A model generated the notes under the pieces. It saw only the letters and a program-made list of their open reading frames with translations, did no database searches and was not told the origin of the DNA. From positions 68,944,001-69,008,000 of the forward strand of contig OZ241829.1 of the NCBI GenBank assembly GCA_965202585.1: DNA of 64,000 bases, read 5' to 3'. A program made the position numbers and the translations under genes. This document shows, one piece after another, positions 50,742-64,000 of the stretch (the stretch's first letter is position 1; each line of letters starts with the position of its first letter). This DNA comes from Thalia democratica (Eukaryota).

Positions 50742-52775
50742 AACAGCTGTTCTGTTTGATTGACGCAAACATAGTGAACTTTAAACTTTAATTTTTAAAC
50801 TGCTGTTAAATATGCTTGATAAAATAGTTGTAGTTGTTTGTTTAAAAAAAACAGAAATTTGAACATCGGATTATACCCTTATTTAAGCACAAAAACAAAA
50901 AATATATTTAATACAGCTTAGACTGTTTCTCAGATCTAGTAAGCAATTAAAAACTAAGCTATGGTTATAGCTAAGTGAAATTATACTTCAGAAAATGTTT
51001 TTTAAAATACTACACATTAAAATAAACTTTTCACTTTTAAGCTAACTTGTAAACCTTAAGCTTTTGTGTTGTTCATTATCAACTCTATGAATGACTATTT
51101 CTATTGAAAAAAGAATGAACTAAAATACAACTGGTAGTTCTAAACCGAGTATAGTCTAATAAATGAACCAAATTTTGAATACTAAATAAGTTTTCATTGT
51201 AAACAAGTACAAAACTAAAAACATAAAACTTATTAATGTCTTATATGAATTGTTAAATTGAACAAAAGGTAATACACTCTCACAATCTGAATGTCTTAAA
51301 CAGTCAGTCTTGTTGTAAACAAAAGCAAATTTTAGTTATTGGAAAACATTAAACGTGTAACTTTTATTTTAAATAAAAAGTTTTCTTCGTAAATTCATAA
51401 TTTACTGTTTAAATTCAACATTCTGAAAACTTTTTATATAATCTAATTTTTTATTGGAAAAAAGCTCACTTTAAATCATGCGGTAATTACGTGTTGTAGG
51501 ACCAGCTTTATTAACATATTAAATACACTTATACTTATATACTTAATATACAATATACTTATATAAAATTTTATTCTTTAATACTTGCATTAATGTAGTT
51601 GAAACATTTTTAAATTCTAGAATGCTTATAGATAACATAAACCAAACAAAGTCTTTATGTAACATACTAGGGCTAAATTTCTGAAATTCTTTTTTGGCTC
51701 AGTTAATTTTTTATGAATGAAAGAAACGAGTCAAAACATCTTTTAAGCAGCTAACAAAATACTAAAATATTTCTTGTATCAACAGCTGTTCTGTTTGTTT
51801 GAAGCAAATTTAATAAACTTTAAACTTTACGTTTCAAACTGCAGCTCATATCTTTATTATAGTAATCATTGTTTGCCAAAAAAAAGATAGTATGTACATC
51901 TAAAATAAGAAGTAGCACACTTGTAACTAAGCAAAATAATAAAATATTATACAAAAAAATTTCTTAAATCTTTAATCATACCCTAAAACTATTACTTTAA
52001 ATAGTAATTAATGTTTAAAGAAAAAAAAAAGGCAAATATATGTGAAAAAACAACACAGAGAAAAATAATACGATACTTGTAAACCTTTAAGATTTCGTGT
52101 CGCTCGTTTTATATTAAACAGAACATTATTTTTATTAAATAATGAGTAAATTGAAGACAACTGGTAGTTCTAAACTGAGTTTAGTTTTAAAATAGAACTA
52201 AATTTTTATTCACAACTATAAATACTTTGTATACAACTAGAAAATTAAAAATATAAAATTTACTAATGTCATACATGTATTGTTTCATGTTACTTAAGAA
52301 ATTTATACTCTCACTCACTGCAGGCCTTATATAGTCAGTGATTTATTTATAAGCAGTCATAATTTTAAGGGAAATACTAAACGTGCAATACCACTTTAAA
52401 ATATTTTTCTTTGTAAACTCATAATTTGCTGGTTAAATTCAACGTTCTGAAAACTTTTGTATAATTAAACTTTTTATTAGAAAAACAACAAGCTCACTTT
52501 AAATCATGTGGTACTAACGTGTTGTAGAACCAGCTATATTATTGTTATTACTTACATTAAACTTTATTCTTTAATACTTGCATTTTGCATAATGCATTGA
52601 TTTAGTTTAAATATTTTTCAGTTTTTAAAATCCTTATGAATAATATAAACCAAATAAAGTCGTTACGTAATATTCTTAAGACAAATATTTACATTTCTTT
52701 TTTGAGTTAGTTAATTTTTCATGAGTGTAAGAAGCAAGTAAAAACATCTTTTTAGCAACTGTAAAATACTAAACA
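50742..52775. repeat. Old tandem duplication, about 1.04-kb unit, non-coding
   Basis: Paired motifs: AACAGCTGTTCTGTTTG (50742/51781), ACAACTGGTAGTTCTAAAC (near 51127/52157), AAGCTCACTTTAAATCATG (near 51462/52490), AAAACATCTTTT (near 51733/52741). Confidence 0.75.
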
Positions 52776-55700
52776 ATTTTAATAATTGTTAAACTATTTC
52801 TTTTTATTAAATATAGTAAAGACTTAATACATACTTTATAAACTTTTTGAGTTACTTTATTGAGCAAAACATAAAACAAGTTAGTTTATCAAACAACAAG
52901 CTTTAAAAATAAAAAACAAAATTTATTACCTTTCTTTTGTTGTAAATCATACTTTAATGAAAAATAAGTTTCATCATGCTAAATTGTTATGTAAAAATAT
53001 GCGTAGGTTGAAACTGTGTTGTCTACAACAAGCAGTAAAAAATAATACGTGTTGAATTTGTTTCTTAGAAATTTCATTTTTTACTGCTTTTAGTCATACA
53101 AATAAATTACAATGTTTTAATGTAATAATAAGAAATATTAAAAAAGTGTTCATTGGTACGTCATTACATACTTTAAATTCGTGCAATAACACACAAAGTT
53201 TTACTTTTTCTAAACTTTAGCATATACCTTTTTGCTAATTGTTTTTTAAGTTAAAATAAAAAAATTGTTATTAATATGATTAAATTTTTGCTGTCCAGCA
53301 ATAAAAACTGTATGTGAGTTTTCATATAAAATTTACATTTAACTTGTATTGGATATTTTTTTTAGAATTCTTAACAACATAAGATAAATCAAAAGAACTA
53401 TAAGCCGCTTTTTTTAAGTCCATGAAAATCAATAAAATAGTGTTTAATATTTTGTTTAATAAAATGATAAAAGTTTAGCCAATTTTAATTTTATCTTCCA
53501 ACTTATTCTAAAGATAATCATTATTCATTATTTTATATATCCTTTTGAAGTAGCATAACATCACTTTAATGACAACAACCTCATTTTTACAAAAGTTTAT
53601 CGATTTGTTTATAAAACACTACTAGTATTAGATTGCTGTTGAATTTAATTTTTAGAGAGAAAATTATTCAATATAGAACGACCTTTTGTTAAATAACCAA
53701 AAAATAAGCTGTTGATGTATTACTTATCAAATGTTGTTATTTTATTTTGAACTTTTATTATATTTAATGAAGTTTAAAAATTTTAACTTCGTATCATTAT
53801 AACTTCAAATTTTAAAACTTAATACTTGAAAAAAAGTTCATTTAAAGCTACATACTTTTAAACACGATTATTTATTATATCTCTAAATATTACAATATCA
53901 AAGTTTAAAAAGAAAAAAATACACAAACAACCAAGCTTACATGCTAATGAAGTTTTAGTTTACTGCATTAATTCAAAAATTATACATTTAACTGCAAACA
54001 GTGGTTCACACAACATACTTTGGAATTTGAAACTAAACTTTAACAAAAATGCTTTTTAAAACAACTTTTAAAAGTAATTTTTTAAGGTTGAAAACAGTTT
54101 AAATTCAAAATATGTTCATATCAAACTTGTTTTAGCAATAAACATTGAAATTTAAAACCAAGTATTACCAATATCATGTAGCTTGGATTAACATGAAAAA
54201 TTTTGAATAAACTACAGTTAAGCATTATTAATGTAATAAACTTTTATTAGATTCAGTAAGTTATAATAAAAGTTTTAAAATGTAAACGAAAACATTGTTT
54301 CTTACTTATTATACCTAAAATTGAAATAAACATTTGAATTAAATAATATTTTAGTGATTTATATTTTATTGTAGCTATATAGTCTAATTTTTTAATAAAA
54401 CTTTTAATGTACCTTAAACTAATAAAGAATTGTTGTAAATTAGTAACTAAACTTAATAATTTTAAAAATGAACATCTTTAAAACTCTAAATATTTAATAG
54501 TAAAAAAATACTTACTTTTTGTCAATTACAGCTACTTAGTCTTTCACTTTATAAGCACTTCTAAACAAGTACTAAACTAGCTAATACTCCACTAGGTACA
54601 ATAAACTAAGACAACGAACTTAGATCTAAAAAGCTTTAAACTTATTCTACTGCTATCAACATTAAACTAGAGATAATCACATATCAAACAGCAACTAGTT
54701 AATGTTCAACTAAACTTCTTATCACCGCCTATGTGACGATACGCATGAATAACTTTCATTAAAATCAGTTGAGTATGCTATGAATGCTGTGTGGAAAGGA
54801 AATTATCTTTTTTTTATCTTACTAATCTCTCGTTTTTATTATCTCGTTTTTTCAGCTGCCGTTTTGAACTTTAGTTGTTTATGAGCGTGAATAAAGTTGT
54901 TTTGTAAAAAAAGTTTCGTTACACTGCGTTTGTGTGATTTTAACGACAATAATTCGCTATGATAACATGTTTTGTTAAGGCTATACTTCGAATTCTAAGA
55001 AAACTTAAACGGAACTTTACATAGTTACGTATTTAAAAATGCCATGAGCTAGTAGTTTTTTACTGGTGTGTGAATTATTTATTGAAACTAAAAGTTTGTT
55101 TAGAATAAATATGTTTCATTCTTACAACACAAAATATTACATTAAACAACAGAGTTGTTTAAACACACACCTAGTTACGGTCTTATTAAAACACTTCATT
55201 TTACAAAAATTATGAAAATTTATCAAAAACGTTTCGTTTTGGATTTTAAGGCAAACATAAGATGATAAAGAACAAAGACAATAAAAAATCTCTTAAAAGT
55301 AAAAATGATGTTTTAGATAAAATATTTGCTTTTCACAAAGCTTCTTTATTAATTTTAAAGGGTGTGACATGAGCAAATACTGTAAAATAATTGTGGTCAA
55401 TTTGCTCGTAAACATGTAAAATATTTACTCCTTAATATCATAATTGTAAAATAATTGAATTATGTCTCGTTTAAAGTTGAAGATTTTGTGTAGTTTTTGA
55501 TTAAATCTTTGTTTTACTATTCATATTCATCGTTTTTTTTTAATCTGTAAGTTTTTGCGTTTGATTTAAAATGAATTTAAACTAAAAACTTTAAAATACT
55601 TTTAAGTTTTATAAGCTAGAGAAAATAGGCTTTTTAAAGCTATATTGATTATAACATTTAAATGCTACTTTTATACTTGATAATGGTGGTATTTAACATT

Positions 55701-56206
55701 AAAGTTTTAAATTTCCTTTAAATTGGAAAACTAAAAAAAAAATTAAATTAAAACAAACAGACGAAAAATTTTGTAACTGTGGAATGTTAAAAAAGTTTTA
55801 AATGAATGATGCTGAAGTTTTATTTAGTATTGCTTCACCAAACTATCTAAAAGTAAGCTTTTATAAGTGTTTTTCAAAGTATATTTGCTAACAACCTAGT
55901 AAGTTTCATTTGTTCTATCAATTGTTTAATTTTATTTGAACTCGTTTTTAGGTTTGATATTTTTTCTAAATTGAAATTTAGACATATATGTTTATAAATT
56001 TTCTAAAGAAAGCAGTAATTTAAGTTGTTATCTTAATATAGTTACAAGTAAAGTATACAAAATAGCGAAACAATTTATGGCTTTTAAATGTAAGCAACTA
56101 ACTTGAAACTTTTTAAATAATTTTTGTACCACAAAATAGAAAAAAATATTTTATAGATAATACAAAAAGAAGTACAATTAATCAGCATTATACAAACAGT
56201 GTAGAT

Positions 56207-56443
56207 AAGGGTTTCCTAAAGTGTGCCATTACAAAAACTTAGGGGTCATGAACAGAAAAGTGCCAAAGAGGGGGGTCATGGTCATAATTTAAAACTTATA
56301 CTAGGTACTTTGGAGTTAATGATAAAGAACAAAAAAAGTCTTAAGTGTGTTTATAGTATTTTTTGAGAAATTTTCTTGGATGGGGCTACAGCTATTTTAG
56401 TTTGTTTAAAAGAGGGCCTTTAAACAAAAACTTGGGAACCCTG
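56207..56443 (+). mobile_element. hAT (Charlie-like) MITE
   Basis: Ends AAGGGTTTCCTAA ... TTGGGAACCCTG resemble CAGGGGTTCCCAA-type TIRs; homologous along its length to the reverse complement of 59806..60053. Confidence 0.6.
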
Positions 56444-58423
56444 TTTTAAATCATACTTCGTAAATCGAAATTGAAAAAATTGTTAGTTAAAAATAAACCT
56501 TACATTATTAACAAATGATCACTAAGTTATTCAAAAATACAAAATTGGAGAACTTGGTAAAAACTATAACAATGTTATAACTCAAAATGGACGGTTCTTG
56601 GTCGTGTTAGTGATCTTTAGATCAACATTGTGGGCTACCAAGTGTGAATGTTAAAGATATGTTCACACTGAGTGTCCTTTTTTTTTTTTAATTTTAATTA
56701 GAGTAAATTGTTTAAAGTTAAAACACAAACATAACATGAATTAAAAAAATTAAAATCCTACAAATCACATAAAGTTTTCAGCTATAATTTTTATACTCTT
56801 TATGAGTTATTTTAGAAAATATTTTTAAACGTTTTACTCTGATATTTACTGACTTATACAAAACAAAATAACAAATTTACCAACAATATAGTAATTTATC
56901 AACAAACAGTTACTAGTTATATCATGGACACTAAAGCATGTAAACTTGGTTTAAACTTTAAAAATGCTATAATTCCAAATTGATGCTTGTTGGTTATGTT
57001 AGTGGTATGTCATTGTGTTGCCTGTTATTCCTTACATTAAGGCTAACAAGTAATTCATTCTAAATAAAAGTTAAAAGCAAAACAAGCACTTAAAGGAAAG
57101 ATTTTAGCTTAGGCTTTTCATATTCTTTATAAATGGTTTTATAAAGTATTTTGTAACGCTTTACTTGAAAATAAAACTTCTAGATTACGATATTAAGCTT
57201 TTTGATTATTTTTTTAACTTACCATAATGTTATTCAACGGCAGCTGTAGAAGTTTAAAGTTGTTAATTTTAACAATATGTTGGAAATACTTACTCGTGTT
57301 TTAATGGCTAACTTAGGAAGGTAGATAACAAAACTTGATTCATTTTATTTTACTTTGTTATACTGATTTGCCTCACACTGTCAAAATTTTTGACTTATTT
57401 TATATTTATATATATATAAATTTATATTTAATTGCACTTTATAATAAAAAAAATAGATACAACCGTTTGATATTGAATGTAGAGGAAATATCTAACAACT
57501 AAATAGTTGCTTTAAAAATCTAAATAACATAATGATTGGGTTTAAAAGTGTACAAGAAATTAACTTTGTGGTAAATCAGGGTTTAGCAGTCAATTGGTAC
57601 TCGGACCGAATTTATAGATTCAAAATCTCCATGGGCAATAGATTTAGTGACACATAAAAATTTTTTTTATAAACATAATCTTTTTTTACATAACACTTAA
57701 ATTACACAAGTTATGAAAGTCACACATAAGTAAAGATAAGCAACTAGAATATAGTAAAACAATATTAATACTGTTATTAGTAAAACGACATAAAAAAGAC
57801 GTTCAAAATATTTGGTCCTTGGACCTTGTGCGCGAACAAATATTCTGTTATCGAGTCGCTTAGATACATTTTAACGTCTTGTCCAGGGCTATTACGAAAC
57901 TTGTTTGTAAACTAAAGTTACAATATTTGTCAATAAACATAATGTAATTTAGAAAATTTTCGATAATTTTAGTTTTTTATGATGTTGATGTCTTACTAAC
58001 TTGCAAATAATAATTACTATACTTTATGTTGTATTTTGTTACTTGAAATTTAAGGATTTTTTGAAATAAATAAAACAATAATGGATAAAAATTTGTAGAA
58101 AAATTTATGTGTGAAACATTTTTTCTCATTTTTATTGTTAGGCCATAATGATTATAAAGTTTAATAGAGACTCTAAGCGGAATAGACTGCCAATAATTGC
58201 TTTTAACGTTCAACTAATTCTGATTTAAAACTTATTTTAAGCATTCACTCTCTTAAACAAATACAAAGTATATAAATAATTAAACTGGCAGTGAACTTTA
58301 TTTTTACTTAAAATATAACAAGTTGTACATTTCAATATATACATAATTTAATAACTTAAAACGCAATAGACAACGATATTTAAAAATTTTTAAATCTAGT
58401 TATTATCTAAATCTATTTGTTTT

Positions 58424-59167
58424 TCACGTTTCTTTATAATCATCCAAGTCAATCCCAGCTATTTTACAAGCTTGTTCTACAACATCTAACTCACAGTTTT
58501 CATCATTAATTTCTTTCACTTCATCTACCTTACTACTAGGAGTTTTTTGTATTCTCTGTAGAATCTTATCAAAATTTCTAATCAATTGACGATTTATTCT
58601 TTCTTCTTCATCAACCTTCTCAACATAACATGGTTGTTTTATTTGGGACTTTAGACTATTATCAGCATTGTTAATCTTTAACGAAAAGGGAAATGTAGGA
58701 CATTTAATTCTTTGCACAACAGGTATAAATAGAGGTTTTGTTTCAACTTGTCTCAGACTACCATTGTTAAAGGGGCAGCAATTCACCTGGTTATGAAGCT
58801 TGGAATCACTTCTACTACATCTCGCAGGTGCCTTACAACTGTTGATAACCTGAACTGGTTGTTTTGTGAGAGGGTGTGTATTAAATTGTCTGAAGCAACC
58901 ACTTTGAACTACTTGTGAGTTTTTCAGGTATGTATGGTCTAAACTTCTTGTGTTACCCGGTGCAGGTCTTTTGAGACTGTTATTCAACTGAATGGGTTGT
59001 TTTCTTGGAGGGTTTGAACAACTTAAAGGTTGTACAAGTCTCAAGCGGTAAGGATATTGGGGTAAATTGATAAATTCAGTTGTTAGTGGAAGAAACAAAG
59101 GTTCTGACACAGATTGATCCAAGGGGCCACATTGGAACATGTGCTTGTCTTTCCAAACCTTATCCAT
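58424..59167 (-). CDS. Uncharacterised 247-aa protein (Pro/Gln/Asn-rich, acidic helical C-terminus)
   Basis: 744-bp ORF in very AT-rich DNA; AACAATGG start context with an in-frame stop two codons upstream; about 35% GC; no family recognised. Confidence 0.7.
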   Translation of the reverse strand: MDKVWKDKHMFQCGPLDQSVSEPLFLPLTTEFINLPQYPYRLRLVQPLSCSNPPRKQPIQLNNSLKRPAPGNTRSLDHTYLKNSQVVQSGCFRQFNTHPLTKQPVQVINSCKAPARCSRSDSKLHNQVNCCPFNNGSLRQVETKPLFIPVVQRIKCPTFPFSLKINNADNSLKSQIKQPCYVEKVDEEERINRQLIRNFDKILQRIQKTPSSKVDEVKEINDENCELDVVEQACKIAGIDLDDYKET

Positions 59168-59805
59168 TGTTTAAATTACAAGTGTATGTCTAGTCTAAAA
59201 AAGTGTTTAGTTGTACATATAAAAACATTTATTTTAAAGCTAGTTATAGCCTTTAGCCGTGTTACAACTTTTTTTAACTAAAAGTCTTCTGCAGTTTAAA
59301 TGGTAAACAATAGAACTTTTCATTTCTGAAATGTTGTTTGAATCACTATATTGTATATGATAATTAATCTAAGGAATACTTACATCCAAAGCACACTTTA
59401 AAAATAATAATTCAAAAAATTCTTTAGTAGAAATTCAAATCATTTTGATAAAACTGCACAGAAATATTAAAAAATATTTTATAATTTAAGTAGTTGTCTT
59501 AATAGAATCACTACTTAATTGTTTTTTTTTGTAAGTTCGGTTAAAGCTTGAAAGTACTAATTCAATACTTTAACAAGTTAAATTCCAACAACTAAAGTTT
59601 AATTAATCCAATCGATAAAAGAAAACTACTAAGTTTAAAATTACAAAATTAAGCACAAATTAAGACAAAACTACACATTTTATTATATAAGCGAAATCTA
59701 GTCTAATTTTTAAAAATTTCTGATATTTTTATTGAAAATTTAAAAAACGGTTATTGAGTTTAATACTCGAAAAGGTAAATTTTTAAACTATGTGACTGTT
59801 TAAAG

Positions 59806-60053
59806 CAAGGTTTTCCAAAAAATTTTCAAAAGACCCCTTTTAACAACTTAAAAAGCTATGGTCCCTCAAACAATACTATTCAAAAAAGCTACCAATAAAA
59901 ACACCTTTTTTTATTTTTGATCTTCATCATCAACTTCAAAATACCTAATGTGAATTTCAAATTTTGACCTCATGGCTCCCCTGTGGCCCCTTTACTGTTC
60001 ATAGTCCCCACTTTGGCTCAATTGCCGATCATGGCCCACTTTGGTAAGTCTTG
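59806..60053 (-). mobile_element. hAT (Charlie-like) MITE, second diverged copy in inverted orientation
   Basis: Reverse complement shares CCAAAGTGGGCCAT, ATGAACAG, TAGGTATTTTGAAGTTGATGATGAAGATC and TTGGAAAACCTTG with 56207..56443. Confidence 0.6.
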
Positions 60054-60938
60054 TAAATAATGTTGTATTGGCCACTGACCTGCTACTGTGCTAAATCAAT
60101 TGATAAAAAAAAGTTGTGTTTTTTAAGTCTTTTTTAGTTTTCCTAGCCATAGTTTAGAAGTTCATAGTGTAGTAAAATCATATAAAAAAAAGCATAATAA
60201 AACCCAAAAGGTTACCTACAGGAACTTTGAAGCATAAAATCATAAATGACCAAAAAATACTCTAAGCCAGTGTATACCAGAGTGAAAATTTATAATAATT
60301 TTTAAAATTTATAATTGATAAAAACTGTTAGTGAACCATGCATATTTTAAATTAACATTATAATAATAAAATTATTTGCAGTCATAAAACGTGGCTGAGA
60401 TTTAGATTACCTCAGATTGTGTCCAAGATTACCTTAGCTTAGCATAAACACTTATCACAAGGCTGATAATTAAAGATATACTAACTCAAGTTCAAACTAG
60501 CCTGAGTGGCTTTAGTGTCTGGAAGCCCTGTGTTTTGTTATAATATTTGTTTAAAACAATTTGTAAATTATTTTTAAACTCTAGCTAGCATCTAACCTAT
60601 AATTATAAATAGTTAAGTAGTAAATATTGAATACAACTTAAAAAAAAACACTAAAAAAATTATTGTTATTTTTAACTTTGAGTTCTCATTATTAAAATTT
60701 TTTTAAATATTTTATTTGTTTATATTTCCTAGTAGCTTGTAGATATTCACTTTAAAGATGTAAAAATTGTCTTCAGACTTTATAAACTTTTTGTATTGTT
60801 TACACATTCTTATTTTGCAATAATAACGAAGTTTTAAGTTTCATAATTAATTAAGATATTGAGTTAAAATTTCAAATGTCAATACGATATTTCTTAACTT
60901 CTGGTAATTTGAAAGTAAAATTGATGATGTATTAACTT

Positions 60939-61411
60939 TTATAAAACAAATATACAAGACACACAATTTAAATAAAACTAGATGTTTTTCGAGCAATTGT
61001 CTTTAGTGGAGTGTAAAGCTAATAAGAGATAATGTTTTATAAACTATATAATAACCTAGTAATCAAAAAGTTATTAAAAGATTAATAAAAGCAATTAGTA
61101 AATAAAAAAATTATTCAAGTTTACTTACGTTATAGTTAATCTTAAGTAAAACTAAACATCAATACAATAAAAACTAAAATTGATGTTTAGTTTTATTGTA
61201 GATTAATTATAACGTAAGTAAATTTAAATTATTTTTATAGTTACTAATTGCTTTTATCTTTTATTAATCTTATGATAACTTTATGATTACTAGGTTATTT
61301 TACACTTTGTAAAATCTTATCTCTTTTTAGCTTTATACTCTAATTACGAGAATTTCTCGAAGTATATCTAGCCTTATTAAAGTTGTGTGTCTTGTATATT
61401 TTAGTTTATAA
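60939..61411. repeat. Long imperfect palindrome (fold-back), arms about 225 bp, loop 61164-61178
   Basis: Arm matches such as ATATACAAGACACACAA, ATAACCTAGTAATCA, GCAATTAGTAA, TTTACTTACGTTATA and AAAACTAAACATCAAT each have an inverted partner. Confidence 0.85.
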
Positions 61412-63897
61412 TTTAATTACTGGTCACTTATGTTTTAATACTAAATTTTAATTAGATTTGAAGTTTAAAAAAAATTATTACAAAAGTGTCTCAAATAAGT
61501 AATTAAGTTTATAAGGATAGACTATTAAGAACAATCAAAATTAAAATTTAAAGTTTAAACAATAGTCTAAGAGCAAAAAAATATGCATAGAAGACTGTGG
61601 TTAAATGTTTTTACATAACCTAATTTAAGGCCTAATAAATCATTTTAGAGTCTTATGATATAAATTAACTAAATTGTTTTATGTATAAAAGAAATATTTT
61701 AAGTTTGGCATTTTTATTCAGAAATAGAATATAGAAACAAAAGAAATATATACACATAGCTAAAATACTACTAGATATATCTTGAAATACATTTAGAGGC
61801 AGTCAGAAAAATCAATTTACTACATTATCAAATTATTAGAAAATCTACAATTTGTATTTAAAAAAAAGTATTAAATAAAAATTTTAATTATTTGAATAAG
61901 CTTAAAATGACTATATAAAAAATGTTAAATGGCAAATTGCTTTAACAAATTTAGTAGATAAGGCTTAAAAAAGCTGTTTAAGAGTCATTCATGGTATCTT
62001 ATAAAAATTTATGTAAACTAAGTAGAATCTAAGTTTAGCATTAAGTATTTGCAGAAAAACTTTGATAGGCAAAAAGACAGACTAAAACAAAATAACCCTA
62101 CATAAAACTTTTTATACATCATATTTATAAGCAAAAACAATACTTATCTAGGTTTTTTATCTAATCAATAAAAAAAAAGTTTATAAGAAGAGTTGAACGA
62201 CTTATATAAATGCTAAAAATAGTTAAAGAAAATAAATAGTGCGTAGTTTGATAACAAAAAAACTACACATCTTATCCTTTGACCTTCTATTGACTATTAT
62301 GTTAATGAACCTCTAATCTAAGTAAGGTTAAATAAACTCATAATTTTAAATTAATTTATTTCACAGGAACTTTATAGTAAACTTAGAACAATCAGGGATA
62401 AAATGTTACAGTATCTCATAGAAAACAATGTAAACTTAAAAGTAAACAATAAACACCGTTCATAATTATTTTTTAATTATTTTTATAACATTTTAAAAAA
62501 AGATAAAATATTTTTTTCTTTTTTTTTAATAAGTGAGTATCAAAATATATTTCAAGTATTTTCATATCTGCTATTAGTGATGTTTAACTCCTTTTAAAAT
62601 AAAAATTCAAGTTAATGTTTTAATTCTAAAAATTTTCTCTACTTTTTTTTTATTCTTTTAGGTTTCCGCTGAGACTGTATTCTCTTTTGACTTAGTTAGA
62701 CAACTACTTGAGTATTTTATAGATTAGTTTTAAAGTAACACACACCTTATTTAGTTTTCATTAAGTTTTCCTTTCTATTTTTCATTTTATTGATTGTTTT
62801 ATTTTTAAAGGTTTAAAAGTTTAAATTCTAAAATTTGAGTTTTTTGCTGCTAAAAAATTGTAAAAGCATGTGGTGTACGAATCGATAAACGAAAGGAATT
62901 TTATTAAAGTTCTCACACCAAACTTTATTGAGCTCTTTTTTATCGTTCAATAAACAATATATATAATACGCTTTTATCAAAGTAACTCTTGAAGTTGCAA
63001 CTTAATTTGTAAGAAAAAAATAATTGCTGTTTTACACTAACGTTCATACTGTATAGTTGCAAGATTTTAATGGGCAACCTTAATACACGATCATGACATT
63101 TTAAGTTAAAGCAAAAAGAGGAAAACTCTTATTCAGTATTCAGAAATCTGATTACTTTTTTGAATCAGTTAGATTTTTGAATCAGTTTTCTTTCCATTAA
63201 CAACCCAGTTGAAGTGTGTTGATTTGTTGACACATAAAAACATATGTTGGTACAATAAAGGAAGATTACTGTACAATTTGTTTTTATTTATATTCCAGTG
63301 AAGTTACTTCACTAAGATCTTTTGTTAGCAAACGATTAAACCTATATTTTTAACAGGTACTCAAAAATCTTCATTTAAAAAAAACTATCATTTGATTAAT
63401 GAATTTTTAAGCTAAACTGAAGTTAAACACGTTTCTTAACCTGAATTAATTTTAGGTTTATTTCAGGTATAGGTGAATTAATTAAATTAAATTTTAATTA
63501 ACTGAATGTACTTCGAGCCCTGAATATAAATCCAAACGTTTTAAACTGAATAACAAAAATTTAACCAAAACAAAACCCAAACATATACCTGGCTTTAGTT
63601 GATATAAAAACTGACATTAGTATGAGTAGCTCTAAACAAAAAATAAGTAAAGAAAAACTCAATAACAATTAAAATAACAACATAACAAATTTAAACAAAG
63701 GTTAAAACGCATGTATAACATATTTAAATGATGTAATTCGTAGTTTGAGCAATGTAAAAACTACAGCTTATAAATTAAAATCGGATTAGTACTGATTACA
63801 CATTAATAAAAGACAAACTGGTCCAGAACATTAAAATCACATTGACAGTACATCAGTACAGTAAAAGAATAAAAGAACATCATGAAAGAAAACTTAC

Positions 63898-63966
63898 TTT
63901 ACAAATAACATGCTAAGAGTATTGAATGTACAATTATCAACCTTACAATTGGTACAGTTTGTTGGA
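63898..63966 (-). other. Possible 69-nt internal exon (PTNCTNCKVDNCTFNTLSMLFV) of a gene extending beyond the window
   Basis: TTTTTAG acceptor and AAA|GTAAGT donor, open frame, length a multiple of 3; no neighbouring exons established. Confidence 0.25.
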
Positions 63967-64000
63967 CTAAAAACAATGCTCAAAATATTTCATCCTAACT

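Noticed and set aside
1-64000. CRISPR arrays, rRNA, intact tRNA genes, prokaryotic operon signals
   Set aside because: None seen; the sequence is eukaryotic and the repeats are kb-scale duplications

Overview
Very AT-rich (non-coding about 20-25% GC by eye) eukaryotic, almost certainly animal, genomic DNA: GT-AG introns, a CR1/L2-type LINE, pogo and hAT elements. The species cannot be determined from the sequence. Positions 1-42853 are a tandem segmental array with period 18,021 bp. Each unit carries three co-oriented, intronless, GC/CpG-rich paralogs (here A, B, C; 360-386 aa) of a protein family I do not recognise. The paralogs have DNA-level invariant blocks alternating with hypervariable blocks, an invariant set of His residues, an acidic Trp-containing tail and an invariant ...RNRQFSLF C-terminus. 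Each unit also has a tail-only micro-ORF of that family, a deleted pogo element, and a convergent two-exon gene for a 72-aa Trp/Cys-rich membrane protein whose second exon the ORF track misses. Units 1 and 2 are essentially identical over 14.7 kb. The third core differs by a few percent and shows reciprocal sequence swaps between paralogs. Downstream lie two more small-membrane-protein paralogs (one with a LINE in its intron, one intronless), a 1-kb decayed tandem duplication, an orphan 247-aa ORF flanked by two inverted hAT MITEs, and a 470-bp fold-back palindrome.
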